This document shows positions 50,602 through 62,328 of a stretch of 64,000 bases of DNA, one piece after another. Below the pieces are notes generated by a model. The model was not told the origin of the DNA. It saw nothing but the letters and a program-made list of their open reading frames with translations, and did not search any database. The first letter of the stretch is position 1. Every line of letters starts with the position of its first letter. The DNA comes from Pseudogymnoascus verrucosus (Eukaryota), in the NCBI GenBank assembly GCA_001662655.1, contig KV460243.1; one strand, 5' to 3'. A program made the position numbers and the translations under genes.

Positions 50602-51457
50602 TGTGATAATGGGGATCTTGCCCGGCGGGGGAGGTAGGACTTTATGGTAGTGGATTGAATGTAAGAGATCTGCAGAAAGCAGGAGGTTCAATGTATCTCG
50701 GAGTGGTTATTAAAACTCCAGGATCACTCTTGCCAGAGAATAGTCATATGGTCCATATAGTGTAACTAGCCAGGTTGCGTACCACAATGATCGCACCCCA
50801 CGTCAAATCTTCAGGCGGGGTTAACGGACCCACGAAATGCGAAATAATGCGCTAATCCGATTTAGGGAAATACTCTCTGATTGGCGGTTTGGATATAGTG
50901 GGGCTATCAGCGCCGCTTCTTCCCCGAATGTTGATTAAGGCAAAGAACAGGGCGGAGCATCATGACGATGAAAATGAGATCTGGCGGAAGCTAGGCCGTG
51001 TGGAATAGCATAATGTAAGCATGGAGAGAATAAACTTCTATTTTAACTTGTTGCCTGCCAATGTCCGAATCGGGATGCTGCTCTCCCATAGGCGGGGACA
51101 ACGTTTTGGCCCACTGTAGACGTGCCTCACGGTTTTGTCATTGCTTCAGCATATGAGTTTAAGAGAAAGATCAGTCCATCGTCCGGGGTTTACAGTGTAA
51201 CTATCTCGGATTTTGCTAAAGGCCGATCAAGAAGAGACATGGTAGACTTTGTTGGCCCTGATCACCCAGAGGCACCATCAGATCTCTGGGGGTATATATA
51301 ACTGCTTCGATCCCTCCTCCACTGGATATCAGAAAGCAAGAACTCTCATCCTCACACCTTACCAACCTCAACTCAGAATCTATCCCTATATATATCATCA
51401 CAATCTTCTTCAATTTCGTTCCCACAAAGTCCCATTCCACCAACCCAACAACCAAAA

Positions 51458-52575
51458 ATGGCAGACGCAGTAGCCACTCAACCCCACAACCTCCCCCTCC
51501 ACATCTCGCGCGAGAAATGTGCCGGCAAGACCTACATCGTGACAGGCGCCAACGTCGGCCTCGGTCTCGAAGCCTCTAAGCACCTCGTCGCCGTCGGCGC
51601 CGCCAAAGTCATCATGGCCGTCCGCAACCTCAGCGCCGGCGAGGCAGCCAAAGCCTCCATCGAAGCCGGTACCGGGACATCGGGAGTGGCCGAAGTATGG
51701 GCACTCGACCTGTCGAGTTACGATTCCGTCAAGGTGTTTGCGAAGCGCGCGGTGGCGGAGCTGGAGCGCATCGATGCGCTGATTGAGAATGCGGGTGTTG
51801 CTGCTTTCGATAGGACGATGGCGGAGGGGCATTTGCTGAATATCACTGTTAATGTGCTTAGTACGCTGCTACTTGCTGTGTTGCTGTTGCCGAAGATGAG
51901 TGATGACGCGAAGAAGTTTGGGATTGTGCCGCATATTGTCCTGGTGTCAAGCGGAGTCGGCTTTGACGCGAAGGCGGACTGGGATGTTATTAAGAGTGAC
52001 CCGTTGGTGGAGGTAGAGAATGAAGGGCACAAGGGACTGAAAATGTACGTAACCATGAGTCCCATACATTGGCCCTCTTTTCCCTGACTGTAACTAACGT
52101 CGATACTAGGTATCCCCTATCCAAACTTGTCGAGACAATAGCGACTCGCCAACTTGCGGCCCTGGCCCCCGTATCCCGCACAGGCGTTGTCATGAACATC
52201 GTTTGCCCCGGAAGCTGTAAGACAGAGCTTGGCCGCCATGCACCACCCGCCTTCCGCAAAATGCTCCAAGAATCGAAAGAAAAGTACGGACGCACTGCCG
52301 AGGACGGAAGCCGGACGCTGCTGTATGGGGCTGTTGCCGGAAAAGAGAGTCATGGGTGCTTTCTCGATTCCTGCCGCATCGCTGAGTAAGTCTCACACGC
52401 GTCCTTTGACCCGCCCGGTTTGCAAGTCCTATGCTAATATTGTTGTTTTGATAGTGATATTGTACCAATCTGGGTAACCGATGAAGAGGGGCAAAAGTCG
52501 CAGAAGCTCCTCTGGGATGCTGTTGCTGGCGAGCTGGAGTCCGTTCAACCTGGCTGCGTGAAGGCTATTCTGTAG
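51458..52575 (+). CDS. Short-chain dehydrogenase/reductase (retinol dehydrogenase-like)
   Basis: IVTGANVGLG, ENAG, YPLSK (YxxxK) and VCPGSCKTEL. Introns about 52045-52109 and 52385-52453. Confidence 0.92.
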
Positions 52576-52657
52576 GACTATCGCGAGGTTGCCTGGTTGA
52601 CAGATGACTGAGGCAGCCTAGTCACTTAGGCTATCCCATCTCATAGAAGTTTTAAAT

Positions 52658-54205
52658 CTAGAAGAACGTCGATTTGTACCAGAGCGCCTGGCCCGATTTT
52701 CCGTGAACATCACTAACCCATGGAAATGTGGCAAGAACCTTGCTTACACCTTCCCAAGAATCAATTCCCAAGGAGCGCGTCGTCTCTGCCATCTTCGGCA
52801 AAAACCACTCATCGTCCACTTCTTCGAATGCCGAAGCTCGTCCAGTGAACAGTATCCAAAGAATGACCTCTTTGTCCACCCGTCCACTGCCTATATGGCC
52901 TTGTGCCACCGATCGAGCCAAATTGGAGATCAGTGGTACATTAGAGACCTTCATAGCGAGACCCCGTAGTAATGCCATTAAAAATACAGCTAGGCCTATG
53001 TGCACCGCATTTTCGAGGCTACTGAATAGTCGCGACCCAGATAGGGGGCTGACCTGGAGTAGGCGGTAACCAAGTAATATGACGGTGTCGAGGAAGATGT
53101 AGGGTTTTATCCTTGGGCAGTATCCCGCACAGGCATCGTTCATTAATCTTGCAAGGCTATTCATATCCATGAAAATCGTTTCTAAGTCGTTTCTTAGATG
53201 TTTCGAGAGCCTTGGATCAATCATATTAATATCGTAATTCATTTCGGGGCCTGTGAATCGTCCAAATAAGGCCGTGCTATTAGGCACGATATCCTCGGTA
53301 CTAAACCTCGTTGCTGTGCCCTGGTGCATTGCATATTCGAGGTCGACTTTAAACATTTTCTGCGTCAAGCCAGGTCGATATCTCGAAAGCGCCGTGACAC
53401 CGCCCCGTAACTGGACCATCCGCTCCAGTCCACTGATGTGGACGAGCCCTTCTCGGTACTGACCACGGAGGCGCTCATGCTGCGCCAGGATCACTACGAC
53501 CGCTATGGTCTCATCTGATACTGCATCGTCTCTTGATAATCTTTCATTAATGAGGCGGAATGTTTGAGAGAGGTGACGCATGGCCTCCTTGGGGTCGTCT
53601 TTTTCAACCACGAGGCCATTGCGAGCTGTGACGGAGGCAGCAATGGCGCAGTGAAAGACTTAGATTTTAGTTAGCATGAGAGTGGTAGACTGAAACAAAA
53701 CAAGTACGACTCACAAGCTTCATCTAAAAACATGAACTGCACCCACATCGACGTAGGCACGTCCGTCATATCAACAGAAGTCTGTAAATCGTCAGGCTGA
53801 AACGGCCGGCTTACGAAAGAGAAAGCTAGACGACAAAGATTAACAACCAAGGCCCATCTACAAGTTCAGATACAAGTAATAACACATACCTCTCTGCACA
53901 ATCCCCCTTGCCTTAACACTCCCCTGCTCCGGAAACGAAAACACAGAAAGCCTATCCCCAATCATCCGCTCAATCGCACAACCGCCCTCTTCCTCCGCCT
54001 CCACATCCCGCGCATCCGCCACAACGCGCGGTACGCATATGATCGCTGATATAGGTCGCGATCCAGCTTCTCGCGCAGCTGCTTTAGTCCGCGATGGTCG
54101 AACGAGCGTCCGTCCTGCGTTCTTGCCTGTGGCCACGTGACTGCGGATTCGCCGCCTCGCAGCACGGTCGATGGGGGTATTGTTGTCGACGAACTGGAAG
54201 GGCAT
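52658..54205 (-). CDS. Fungal transcription-factor-like protein (Fungal_trans_2-type, no Zn cluster seen)
   Basis: MPFQFVDNN...RRRIRSHVATGKN N-terminus and INERLS...VHISGLERMVQLRGG. Two introns between about 53660 and 53890. Confidence 0.75.
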
Positions 54206-54764
54206 GATGGGTATTGCGTGCTAATATGCGGGCAATAATGCAGGTGGACTTTGGGAATTTCTCCTGTTGGCATTTTGAGGTGACAAAGATGAGTTTGAGT
54301 GAGATGATGCGAGGCGGATTGAAGGTGGGGTTACCGGCGCTAACGATGAGTGAGGGACAGTGTGGTCAGCGCGCCAGTTGCGCAAACGCAGCTTGAAAAA
54401 ATATAGTTTGGCAACTGCGGTGAAGATGAGCTTGTGCCTATATATTTTGATATATATTTTAATAGCTATTGGCATTGAAAGACAAGGTAGAATAAACTTG
54501 TTCGATAACGGTGAAGTTAAAGTATGTATAATAATTAAATCATAAATTTTATTATTAAATAGGCATTCCACCAATTATCGAAATGAAATTATATTCGGCG
54601 ACAATGTAGGAGAAGGAGCAAAAGCATAACACATAGAACGTCTGGTGTTTAAATTCAGGATATATAACAAACAGTATTAATCGACAGCTAAAAGAATTCC
54701 GACTCCCGCATATAGTCCTCCAGTAACAAAACATCTCGCACGATCAACTATACACCTTCAACAA

Positions 54765-55991
54765 CTACGATGCTCGACTAATCCTCTCACTCTCTGCCCC
54801 ATTCGTCTCTCCACTCAACTCCACTGGCGGCCCTGGCGATTTCGGGCTGTGTAGCTCGGCAGGGCTGTGCGAAGAGTGTGGCAAAAACGTGTTGACCTTG
54901 TCACTCTGCGGCGAGAGGTAGTCTATTGACTCCGGACCACTCCAGTGCCGCCGAGCCTGGGGCTTTAAGAGCGAGGCATTACGGCGGCGTTGGATGAAAA
55001 ACAGAGCTACGGCGAGGAGACAGACGCCGACGATGCTGCCAATTGCAGCTCCTGCGATGGCGCCGGCGCTTAGTTTGTCGTTGCCTTTCACAGATGGGTC
55101 AGCGGAGCCTGAGGTCGGTTCTGTTGTCGAATCCGTGGAAGACGGATTAGATGATGCCCCTCCATCAGCCGTGAGGTTGGCATATGGCCCGCAGTCCGAG
55201 TTGGGCACCGCAAGCGGGCAAGAAGGGTCCTGGCACAAAGACAGGAGCTGCGGACCCTGTTGGGGATTAAACGTGACTGACAGGGCGCATCGGGAGTTAT
55301 ACATGCTGTTCATGCGGGTGTTTAGGGCCTGCGCATCGGCTGTCGAGAAGCCGTAGAACTCAGCTGCCCGTGTGAGCTGGTCGATAAAGTAGGCAACTTC
55401 GGCGAAATCGAGACTCATGAATTTATGAGCGTAGGCGAGATTCAGGGACCCTCCTGGAGTAGGAGGGTCAGCGGGTGGGAGAGAGCAGCCAAAGACGTGA
55501 GCGAAGGAGGTGTAGAAGTGGCCGAAAAGGCGGCTGGAAAGAGTTAGTTAAATATGCGTAGATGATAGTGGAGGAAGATGGGAGACGTACTATTCATTTG
55601 AAGAGCTGAAGAGACCAACGGATTGTGTTTTTCCAGACAAGTAGTTAGATAAGGGTGTCAGACCCCCATCATCGAGCCAATTTATCCCAACTGGTTGATT
55701 ATTCAGGTTCGTCGAAGCAAGTGAGCCGTTGAAAAATGGCAAGAGGTCCACACGTTGGCTGCCCTGAACACCTTGGTTGAGGATTCCCGTCAACTCCTTT
55801 GGCACATTCTTTGAAGGAATAGATTTTGGCCCAACAAACGCCAACGCGACGATGCTTTGCATTAGTTTCAGCTGATTTCCCTCCGAAGCCGTGCCATATT
55901 CAATCTGCGTATAGTAGTCGCAGATGGAGATAGTGCTCGGCCTCTGCGCAAGGATGGTAGCGAACAGGAGGAAATATAGCAACAACAAGAT
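54765..55991 (-). CDS. Predicted type-I membrane protein with an extracellular truncated-globin-like domain; start codon uncertain
   Basis: Signal-like LLLLYFLLFATILA-Q, intron 55534-55590, RLFGHFYTSFAHVFGC...AYAHKFMSLDFAEVAYFIDQL, Ser/Thr linker, TM AIAGAAIGSIVGVCLLAVALFFI followed by QRRR. No in-frame ATG before the signal peptide. Confidence 0.75.
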
Positions 55992-56237
55992 GATAGTTGA
56001 ATCGGCGAAGAGAAATTCGCAACGCTGGAGCACTCTTTGTTTTTGGACTACTGATGGCCGTTCTTTGTTATAGAGGCTGCACGTGCGGCCTACGGACGCA
56101 AGGGGGGAGCAAGGTTAGAATCACGGAAGACATGTCATACAGACTCCCCTTGGTGCTTCAAAAACCTACGTAGCCCGGAAGTCTGCCGCCCATGTATTCC
56201 AACTAGATTTCAAATCCTTCGTCCACTCACCATTCCA

Positions 56238-57095
56238 TTAATTCGACCCGTTCTTCGATTCAACAGCCCTCAAAAACCGCTCAATATCATCCATCTCCTC
56301 CGGCACCTTAACCCAATGCCCATTCAGTTCCGCTCCTTGATACTCCTTCCCCTCAACTTCCATTCCCAGCTGCTCCAACACCTTCCTCGCCTGTCGGCCG
56401 AGCTCAATATCGACCATCTCATCATCAATACCGTGCCCCAGGAACACCGGCGTATTCAACACCCCTCTAAACTCACGTGGGCTTGCAACGAGGTGTCTCA
56501 AATGCGACATCTTACTCTCCACAAAATCCCTCCCGGGACTGTCCTCCCCGCCCTTCCCCACATACTCCCCAATATGTCCAGCGAACGGTAACCACGTGCT
56601 AGCGCCCACGAACCCCCCCAACGTCTCCCTCTTCTCACCACAAAGCAACGTCCACATCCCCACTGCTGCACCCTGGCTAATCCCGCCCAACACCACTTTC
56701 CCCGCATCTCCACCTATCCGCACGATCTCATAGTCAAGCACAGAACTCAGATACCCCACCGCCTCGACGATCCCGGGCTCCTGCAGTTCCTGCCGGGAGG
56801 TGATGTCGCTGAGCGAGTGCGCCTCGAACCACGCCGGCATATCCTCTTCAAAGAGGGTGCTCCATAATTCCCGCGAGGAAGGGAAGACAAAGCGCCAGCT
56901 GGGAAGTTTTTCAGCTAGAGTTGGCTGGCCGGGGAGCTTGGACTCCTCCATGAGCTCTTCTGCGAATTCGGGACCGTTGCTGCCACGGCCATGGAGGAGG
57001 ATGGCGGTGTGTGTGTGTGGTGAGATGGGCTCGATGATGTGGAGTTCTGGGAAGGAATGGGGTGTGGTTGGTGGTTGATGAGTGTCTGGATCCAT
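56238..57095 (-). CDS. Phospholipase/carboxylesterase (acyl-protein thioesterase-like alpha/beta hydrolase)
   Basis: ILLHGRGSNG, LGGISQG, VFLGHGIDDEMV and GHW give a Ser-Asp-His triad. Intronless. Confidence 0.92.
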   Translation of the reverse strand: MDPDTHQPPTTPHSFPELHIIEPISPHTHTAILLHGRGSNGPEFAEELMEESKLPGQPTLAEKLPSWRFVFPSSRELWSTLFEEDMPAWFEAHSLSDITSRQELQEPGIVEAVGYLSSVLDYEIVRIGGDAGKVVLGGISQGAAVGMWTLLCGEKRETLGGFVGASTWLPFAGHIGEYVGKGGEDSPGRDFVESKMSHLRHLVASPREFRGVLNTPVFLGHGIDDEMVDIELGRQARKVLEQLGMEVEGKEYQGAELNGHWVKVPEEMDDIERFLRAVESKNGSN

Positions 57096-58294
57096 CCTGA
57101 TGTGGACTGCATTGGTGGAAGATAGGTCTAGTAGCACGATCCGACGTACTTGGTGAGTATAGTGGTAATTTGCAACTTGCTGCGATATTGTGACATTACA
57201 TGAGGGGTAGGTACAATATAGTAACTCTTTGCATGATGATGGTTCGAAAATACACCTCGCAAATAATACTACTTGTCTTATAATAGAGATCGTAGTGTTG
57301 GTTGGACCTTCGGGTTTAGGCCCGGCGAGGCGCTAATCGTGTTGGATAGAAGGGCCACTCCTTCCCCGTGTTGTTATCCCCTTCTAACCAACCAACCAAC
57401 AAGTTTTTCTTATAGTGCAGTACATCCCCTGTTGCCTAAATGCCTATAACAGTAAATCTTAACTGACGCCTACGAGCCACCCTAGCTACTAGCATCTCGA
57501 AGCGCAATCCCCGTCATAACTGTTGCGTTTACCTGCTAATCAGCCTTACGGACTAAACCCCACCCTAGCAATTGACGCCAGCAACCTTACTCCTCCTTAC
57601 TAACACTGATACGCGGAATCCGTATTGCTGACGCGTCTCCTTTTCTGCAACAACAAGGACGGCTTATACCCCGCAAAATACTTAGCCCTAAAACTGCCGA
57701 GCCCGTCATTCCCAAACGGTGGCGGCGGCCCAGACACGGGCACGATTATAATAGGCACTTGGGACAGGTAGATCCCGGAAACCTCGGCACTATGATCAGA
57801 AGCACACGACTCAACTGAAACAAAACAGAAATAGCTCCTACACTCTGTACCTAACCACCTCATCAAATATCTGGTCTTCCAACGAATCTACTGCAACTTC
57901 TTAGCAGGGCACAAACCTTTCCTGCCCAACCGGGACAGAGCCCTATAGCCGAGGACGAAGATAAACAGCGGCCCCTAGGCTAGCCCTCTAGCCCCCTCGT
58001 CCGTCCCAAGTCTAGATCGATCCACCACCAGATTGACATGCGCCGGTCATCCCAAAAACACTTCAAATTCCCCTCTTTTCTCCCAAGACAGACACCATCC
58101 CGAATCCACACTCCCATCTCCCTAGGAAAGTCACATGATAACATGTGCGCACGCCGATCGTCGTCAATAGTGTTAATCTGTTTCGGATTTGTTTGTGATT
58201 GAAATACCAAGGACCTCGCTCCCGTGCCCTCGCCTGGACCTAGAGACCCTACTTCTTAGTTCCGCGCCCGCATCCCAACGCCGGGAACCCTTGC

Positions 58295-58390
58295 ATCGCA
58301 TCGATCGATCAATCGATCAATTGATCACCCGACTACGATCGATTCGATAGACGACAATGCGATACGGCACGACACGATACGATACGACAA
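58295..58390. repeat. Short ATCG/GATAC microsatellite tract upstream of the GNAT gene
   Basis: gcatcgcatcgatcgatcaatcgatcaattgatc...cacgatacgatacgac. Confidence 0.5.
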
Positions 58391-58430
58391 CGTAGCTTAA
58401 CAGAAATCGTGGCCGTGGTGGCTATTAATC

Positions 58431-59652
58431 ATGTCGAATTTCTATAGCCTGTACCCGACCACAAGCGCCTCGGGGGTGGCAGCGACGCCGACGGAGATGG
58501 CGCCGCCGCCAACGCCGACGAGCCTGGCGACGAGGGGGAGGTCGAGTACGAGTACGAGCTCCGTTAGCTTCAGTAAGGGGAGTGCTAGTGGGAGCAAGAG
58601 GGACAGTAGGGATAGTAAGGCGAGTGTGGGGTGGTCGAGGAAAGATTGGATGGAGGCGCCGTTGCCGGTGGGGGTTACGATTGGGGGGAAAGGTATGTGG
58701 TGTTTTGTTTTATTTTGTTTGCTTCTATTCCGTTGGGTTTGCTTTCGTTCTTATACCCAGCACGCGATCAATTGGCCGAATTGACTTGTTCAATTCCCGT
58801 CTCCCCTACCTCAATTTCCACAGCCCGCGTCCAATTGATGCGATCCCATCCATTCGATTCCCCGCAAACACCCCCATCCCCGTTATAACACACCCACAAT
58901 ATCCACTCCAGCTCCCCATACCGAAATTGGAACCCTACACTGACAACCACCCCACAGAACGCGTCCCCCAAGCCGTCGCCCTCCTCGCCCCCGCCTTCGT
59001 AGATAACCCCCTTAACACCTACCTCCTTAACAGCCTCGACCCCGTGGATCGGCGCGCCTTCCTCCCCAAGTACTTCACCGCGCTCCTCACGCAAGCATCA
59101 CTAAACGGCGGGTACATATTCGAGCACTCAAACTGGGAGAGCTGCATGATTGTCCTCCCGCCCGGAAAGGGCGTCGGGAACCCGTTTACGCTTCTGCAAT
59201 CGGGGCTGGCGGGTCTGTTGAGGAAAGTTGGCTTGACGTGCGTTAAGCGGATGTTGGGGGAGTTTGAGGGCGCAGCTAAGAAGTCGAGGAAGGTGGGGTT
59301 GGCGAAGGGGGAGGTGCCTTATTATGTATTTTTCATTGGGACGAGGGCGGATCGTCAGGGACGGGGGTTGGGGACTGCGTTGATGGAGGAGGTGTGCGAG
59401 AGGGCGGGGAGGGAGGGGAGGAGTGTGTGGATAGAATCTACATCAGAGGGGAGTGCGAGGTTGTTTCGACGGTTGGGGTTTGTGGATGTAGAGGAGGTGG
59501 TGCTGGGGAAGGGGAAGGTGGGGGAGGCAGGGTATGGTCAGGTTGACGGGCCGGGGGTGAAGATGTGGACTATGGTTTGGAGGAAAAGGGAGTTTGAGGA
59601 GAGTGTGGATGAAGTGTTTAAACTGAATGAGTTGGGGATGGATAATGATTAG
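58431..59652 (+). CDS. GNAT-family N-acetyltransferase
   Basis: Intron 58693-58957; YYVFFIGTRADRQGRGLGTALM (acetyl-CoA motif A) and WIESTSEGSARLFRRLGF. Confidence 0.9.
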
Positions 59653-60590
59653 GGTGATGGGGTAGATCGGTTTGGCCGGTTGAAAGGGCGTTGAGTTTCG
59701 GAATGGATTGGGGGGTCTTAAAATTAGAAATAGATTGGGGGTCAGAATACGGAACTGCTTTTGGGGGGGTGGGGGTTAACAGGATAGGGGGGTTCGGGGT
59801 GTCTTGGGTCTCTATTCTTGGTGGCGGATAGGCCGACAGTGCCCTTGGAACCAATCTGTCTGTTTGGCAAGTTTGTCTTGTCTGTTGTTCTCGTTCAACG
59901 TCTGAGAGAGGGTGTAGGAATTTGTTTTACAATATGTAGTGGAGTCTTTATCATTTATTTATCATTTGATACCACAAAATTGTTAGTACTACAGTTTTTT
60001 TTAATTCTTTTATAGAGTCAATGGAGCTATCTATCCAGAGTTATAATGGGCCAGAAGTAGCATATTCGGAGACAGGATAACGGGTTTTGGTTTTTAGAGC
60101 TCAGGTGCAGCTCCTTGAATTCAAAATTATCCAGTGGTCGATCGCCAAGCAAGGCACTTGATTAAATCCTGGTGTTCAAGGCTGCATAAAGCAGCAACTG
60201 ACGCCAGCAGAAAACAGCAGCTCTGACACCACAATCTTGCATTATGTTATAATCTAGATCGCGACGTCGTTGCACCAGGTTTAGCGCCTGCTTAATCAGG
60301 GAAGCCGCATCCTGACCCCATCGGCCGCCGTCAAGCTATATTAAGAACGACGTCCTCCCCATAATTTTATTGTGCCAATGGAAACCCAGCTAACATAGGA
60401 TGAAGGGATACGCTGCTAACGGTGTAGAAAGGCCTCTAAATTGTTGCCGAGGGATGCTTTCATTTGCCTATAGTGCACAACTGAATTAACTGAGAAATTC
60501 TACACTGGATTAAAAGAAACATTGAGGGCACCCGACATCAGACCCCATAAAACAAACACCCCTGAGACAGCGAGACAACCCTCAAATCGC

Positions 60591-61301
60591 CTAGAATATT
60601 ACTTCCGGCGTAAATCCCTGCATGTTTTCAAAAGAACACAGGCTCACGGCGGGGAACTCCACAGTCTCTGGAGCATTAGCAAGATGACTCTCGACAAGCG
60701 CCTTCAACTCATTCCCTTCTTGCGGAGTTGGGGCCCGCAGTAGATACGCCAAAGTCACATGGAAGATGTAAGAGGCCGGGGCCGTAATTCCTGTTAAGTC
60801 CTCTAGTTGTTCGCGCAGATGCGCGAGTTTGGGGCTCGTATCTGGTGTCGCTTCCAGCCTCACACCGATACTGTATCCTATCTGAGGAACCTCCTTCTCC
60901 ACAAAAAACATGTATGGCGGTCGCATTTGATCCTCCAGGGAAACATCCTGAGCTTTTTGGATGGTGTACTGCAGCCATTCGTCATACGGCCCTGTCAGCC
61001 CGCTTCTTTCCGTGATCTCCGGCGCATAGCCGTCCTTAGGCATGACGTTCTCTCCTCGCTCTAGGTCGCGCACACAGATGAAGACGGTCATATGGTAACT
61101 GGAGGCGGGCAACAGGGCCTCGTTCTTGAACAGTTCAGAGTGCTTGTGCTGGCTCAGGGTTTGGCGCAAGCCTCTCAAAGTAGCGGCCAGCGGGGAATCT
61201 TGAGGGAGCTGACATATCACCGAGTGTCCGAGGTATGTCTTGCTGCTACCATCGTGGTCGAATTTCTTGATGACTTTTGGAGGCAGCGAAGCTATGGACA
61301 T
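60591..61301 (-). CDS. 2H phosphoesterase (DUF1868-like; cyclic-nucleotide phosphodiesterase/RNA ligase fold)
   Basis: KFDHDG...GHSVIC with two HxT motifs, SYHMTVF and FHVTLAY. Intronless; ATG at 61301. Confidence 0.88.
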   Translation of the reverse strand: MSIASLPPKVIKKFDHDGSSKTYLGHSVICQLPQDSPLAATLRGLRQTLSQHKHSELFKNEALLPASSYHMTVFICVRDLERGENVMPKDGYAPEITERSGLTGPYDEWLQYTIQKAQDVSLEDQMRPPYMFFVEKEVPQIGYSIGVRLEATPDTSPKLAHLREQLEDLTGITAPASYIFHVTLAYLLRAPTPQEGNELKALVESHLANAPETVEFPAVSLCSFENMQGFTPEVIF

Positions 61302-62328
61302 GGTGCTGAATGATAGTACGAGTTTGGTACTAAGAAAACCGTAAACAAAGATACGTCTGTAGTTGCTCAGATGGGGATGGCGGGGTAATACTAGCCGAAT
61401 TACCCCATATTTATATCCATTCGCGGGGCAAGGCTGACTTGAGCTAGGCTGCCTCCGCTTTAGAGAAACGCGCATTCAATATTTATCATGTCGTGCAACC
61501 CGAGAGTAGAGTCAAATCAAAGCCATGAACCTCTCGGCGGAAGTCCACCGGTCAACTACTCGAAGATATGCTAACAAAGACATGCCCACGTAGGGGAACC
61601 CGATTTCCCATGGAGTATTCCTTCGAAGAAAAGCGGCGCAGGCGACACTGATAGTTCAACCAAATTGGAAAGCCGACGTTGAATATAAGGTAACTTGAAT
61701 AAAAGTATTATGCGTCTGGAATATAATTGGCAAAGAATGTGTGGGGTATGCTCACTGAGCTCCGACCGGTGGGCAGGGAAGTGGTAGTCCTGCAACGATT
61801 GGCAGTGCGAGGGAGCTACATCATCTACAAACCCAACGACAGCCACTAATCTTCAATCACAGGTTGAAGTATCAAATATTTACATCTCCAAGTTTTACAT
61901 GACTAGGCGATCAGAGCGAAGGAGGCCATATCATGAAGCACGTGGTAAATTGTAAGGATTGTCTGGTCTAAAAACATCCCTTCAATAGAAAGGCCTTCCA
62001 TGCCGTGTAACAGTTGAATCCTTAGTGACAGCGGGATTGGAGTATCCGCAAGCGGGGTAAATGCAGCCTGCTAACAATCGGATCTGCCATTGGCAAGGCG
62101 AAGGCTGAGGCGCTTTTGCGATGCGATTTGGTGCAACCATCAGCCCCTTCCGGCCCCGCGGAGAACCATCTATTCGATACACCAAGAGTGAGGCTCCGAA
62201 GTGTCTACTATCCATTGGGTAAATGCACAATATGGGCCCGCATAAGTGATTACGAAATCCCCCTAGAGATGAGCGTGATTCTCAAGACGTAATAATTTCT
62301 GCACGCACGATTACTATAAAGACCCGCC

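Noticed and set aside
56238..57095. Carboxylesterase as a SesB-type NLR effector
   Set aside because: It has acyl-protein-thioesterase-like motifs, no C-terminal amyloid motif, and lies 5 kb from the NLR.
61500..62300. Possible pseudogene between the 2H phosphoesterase and the NLR
   Set aside because: Only short frames, with no motif I could recognise.
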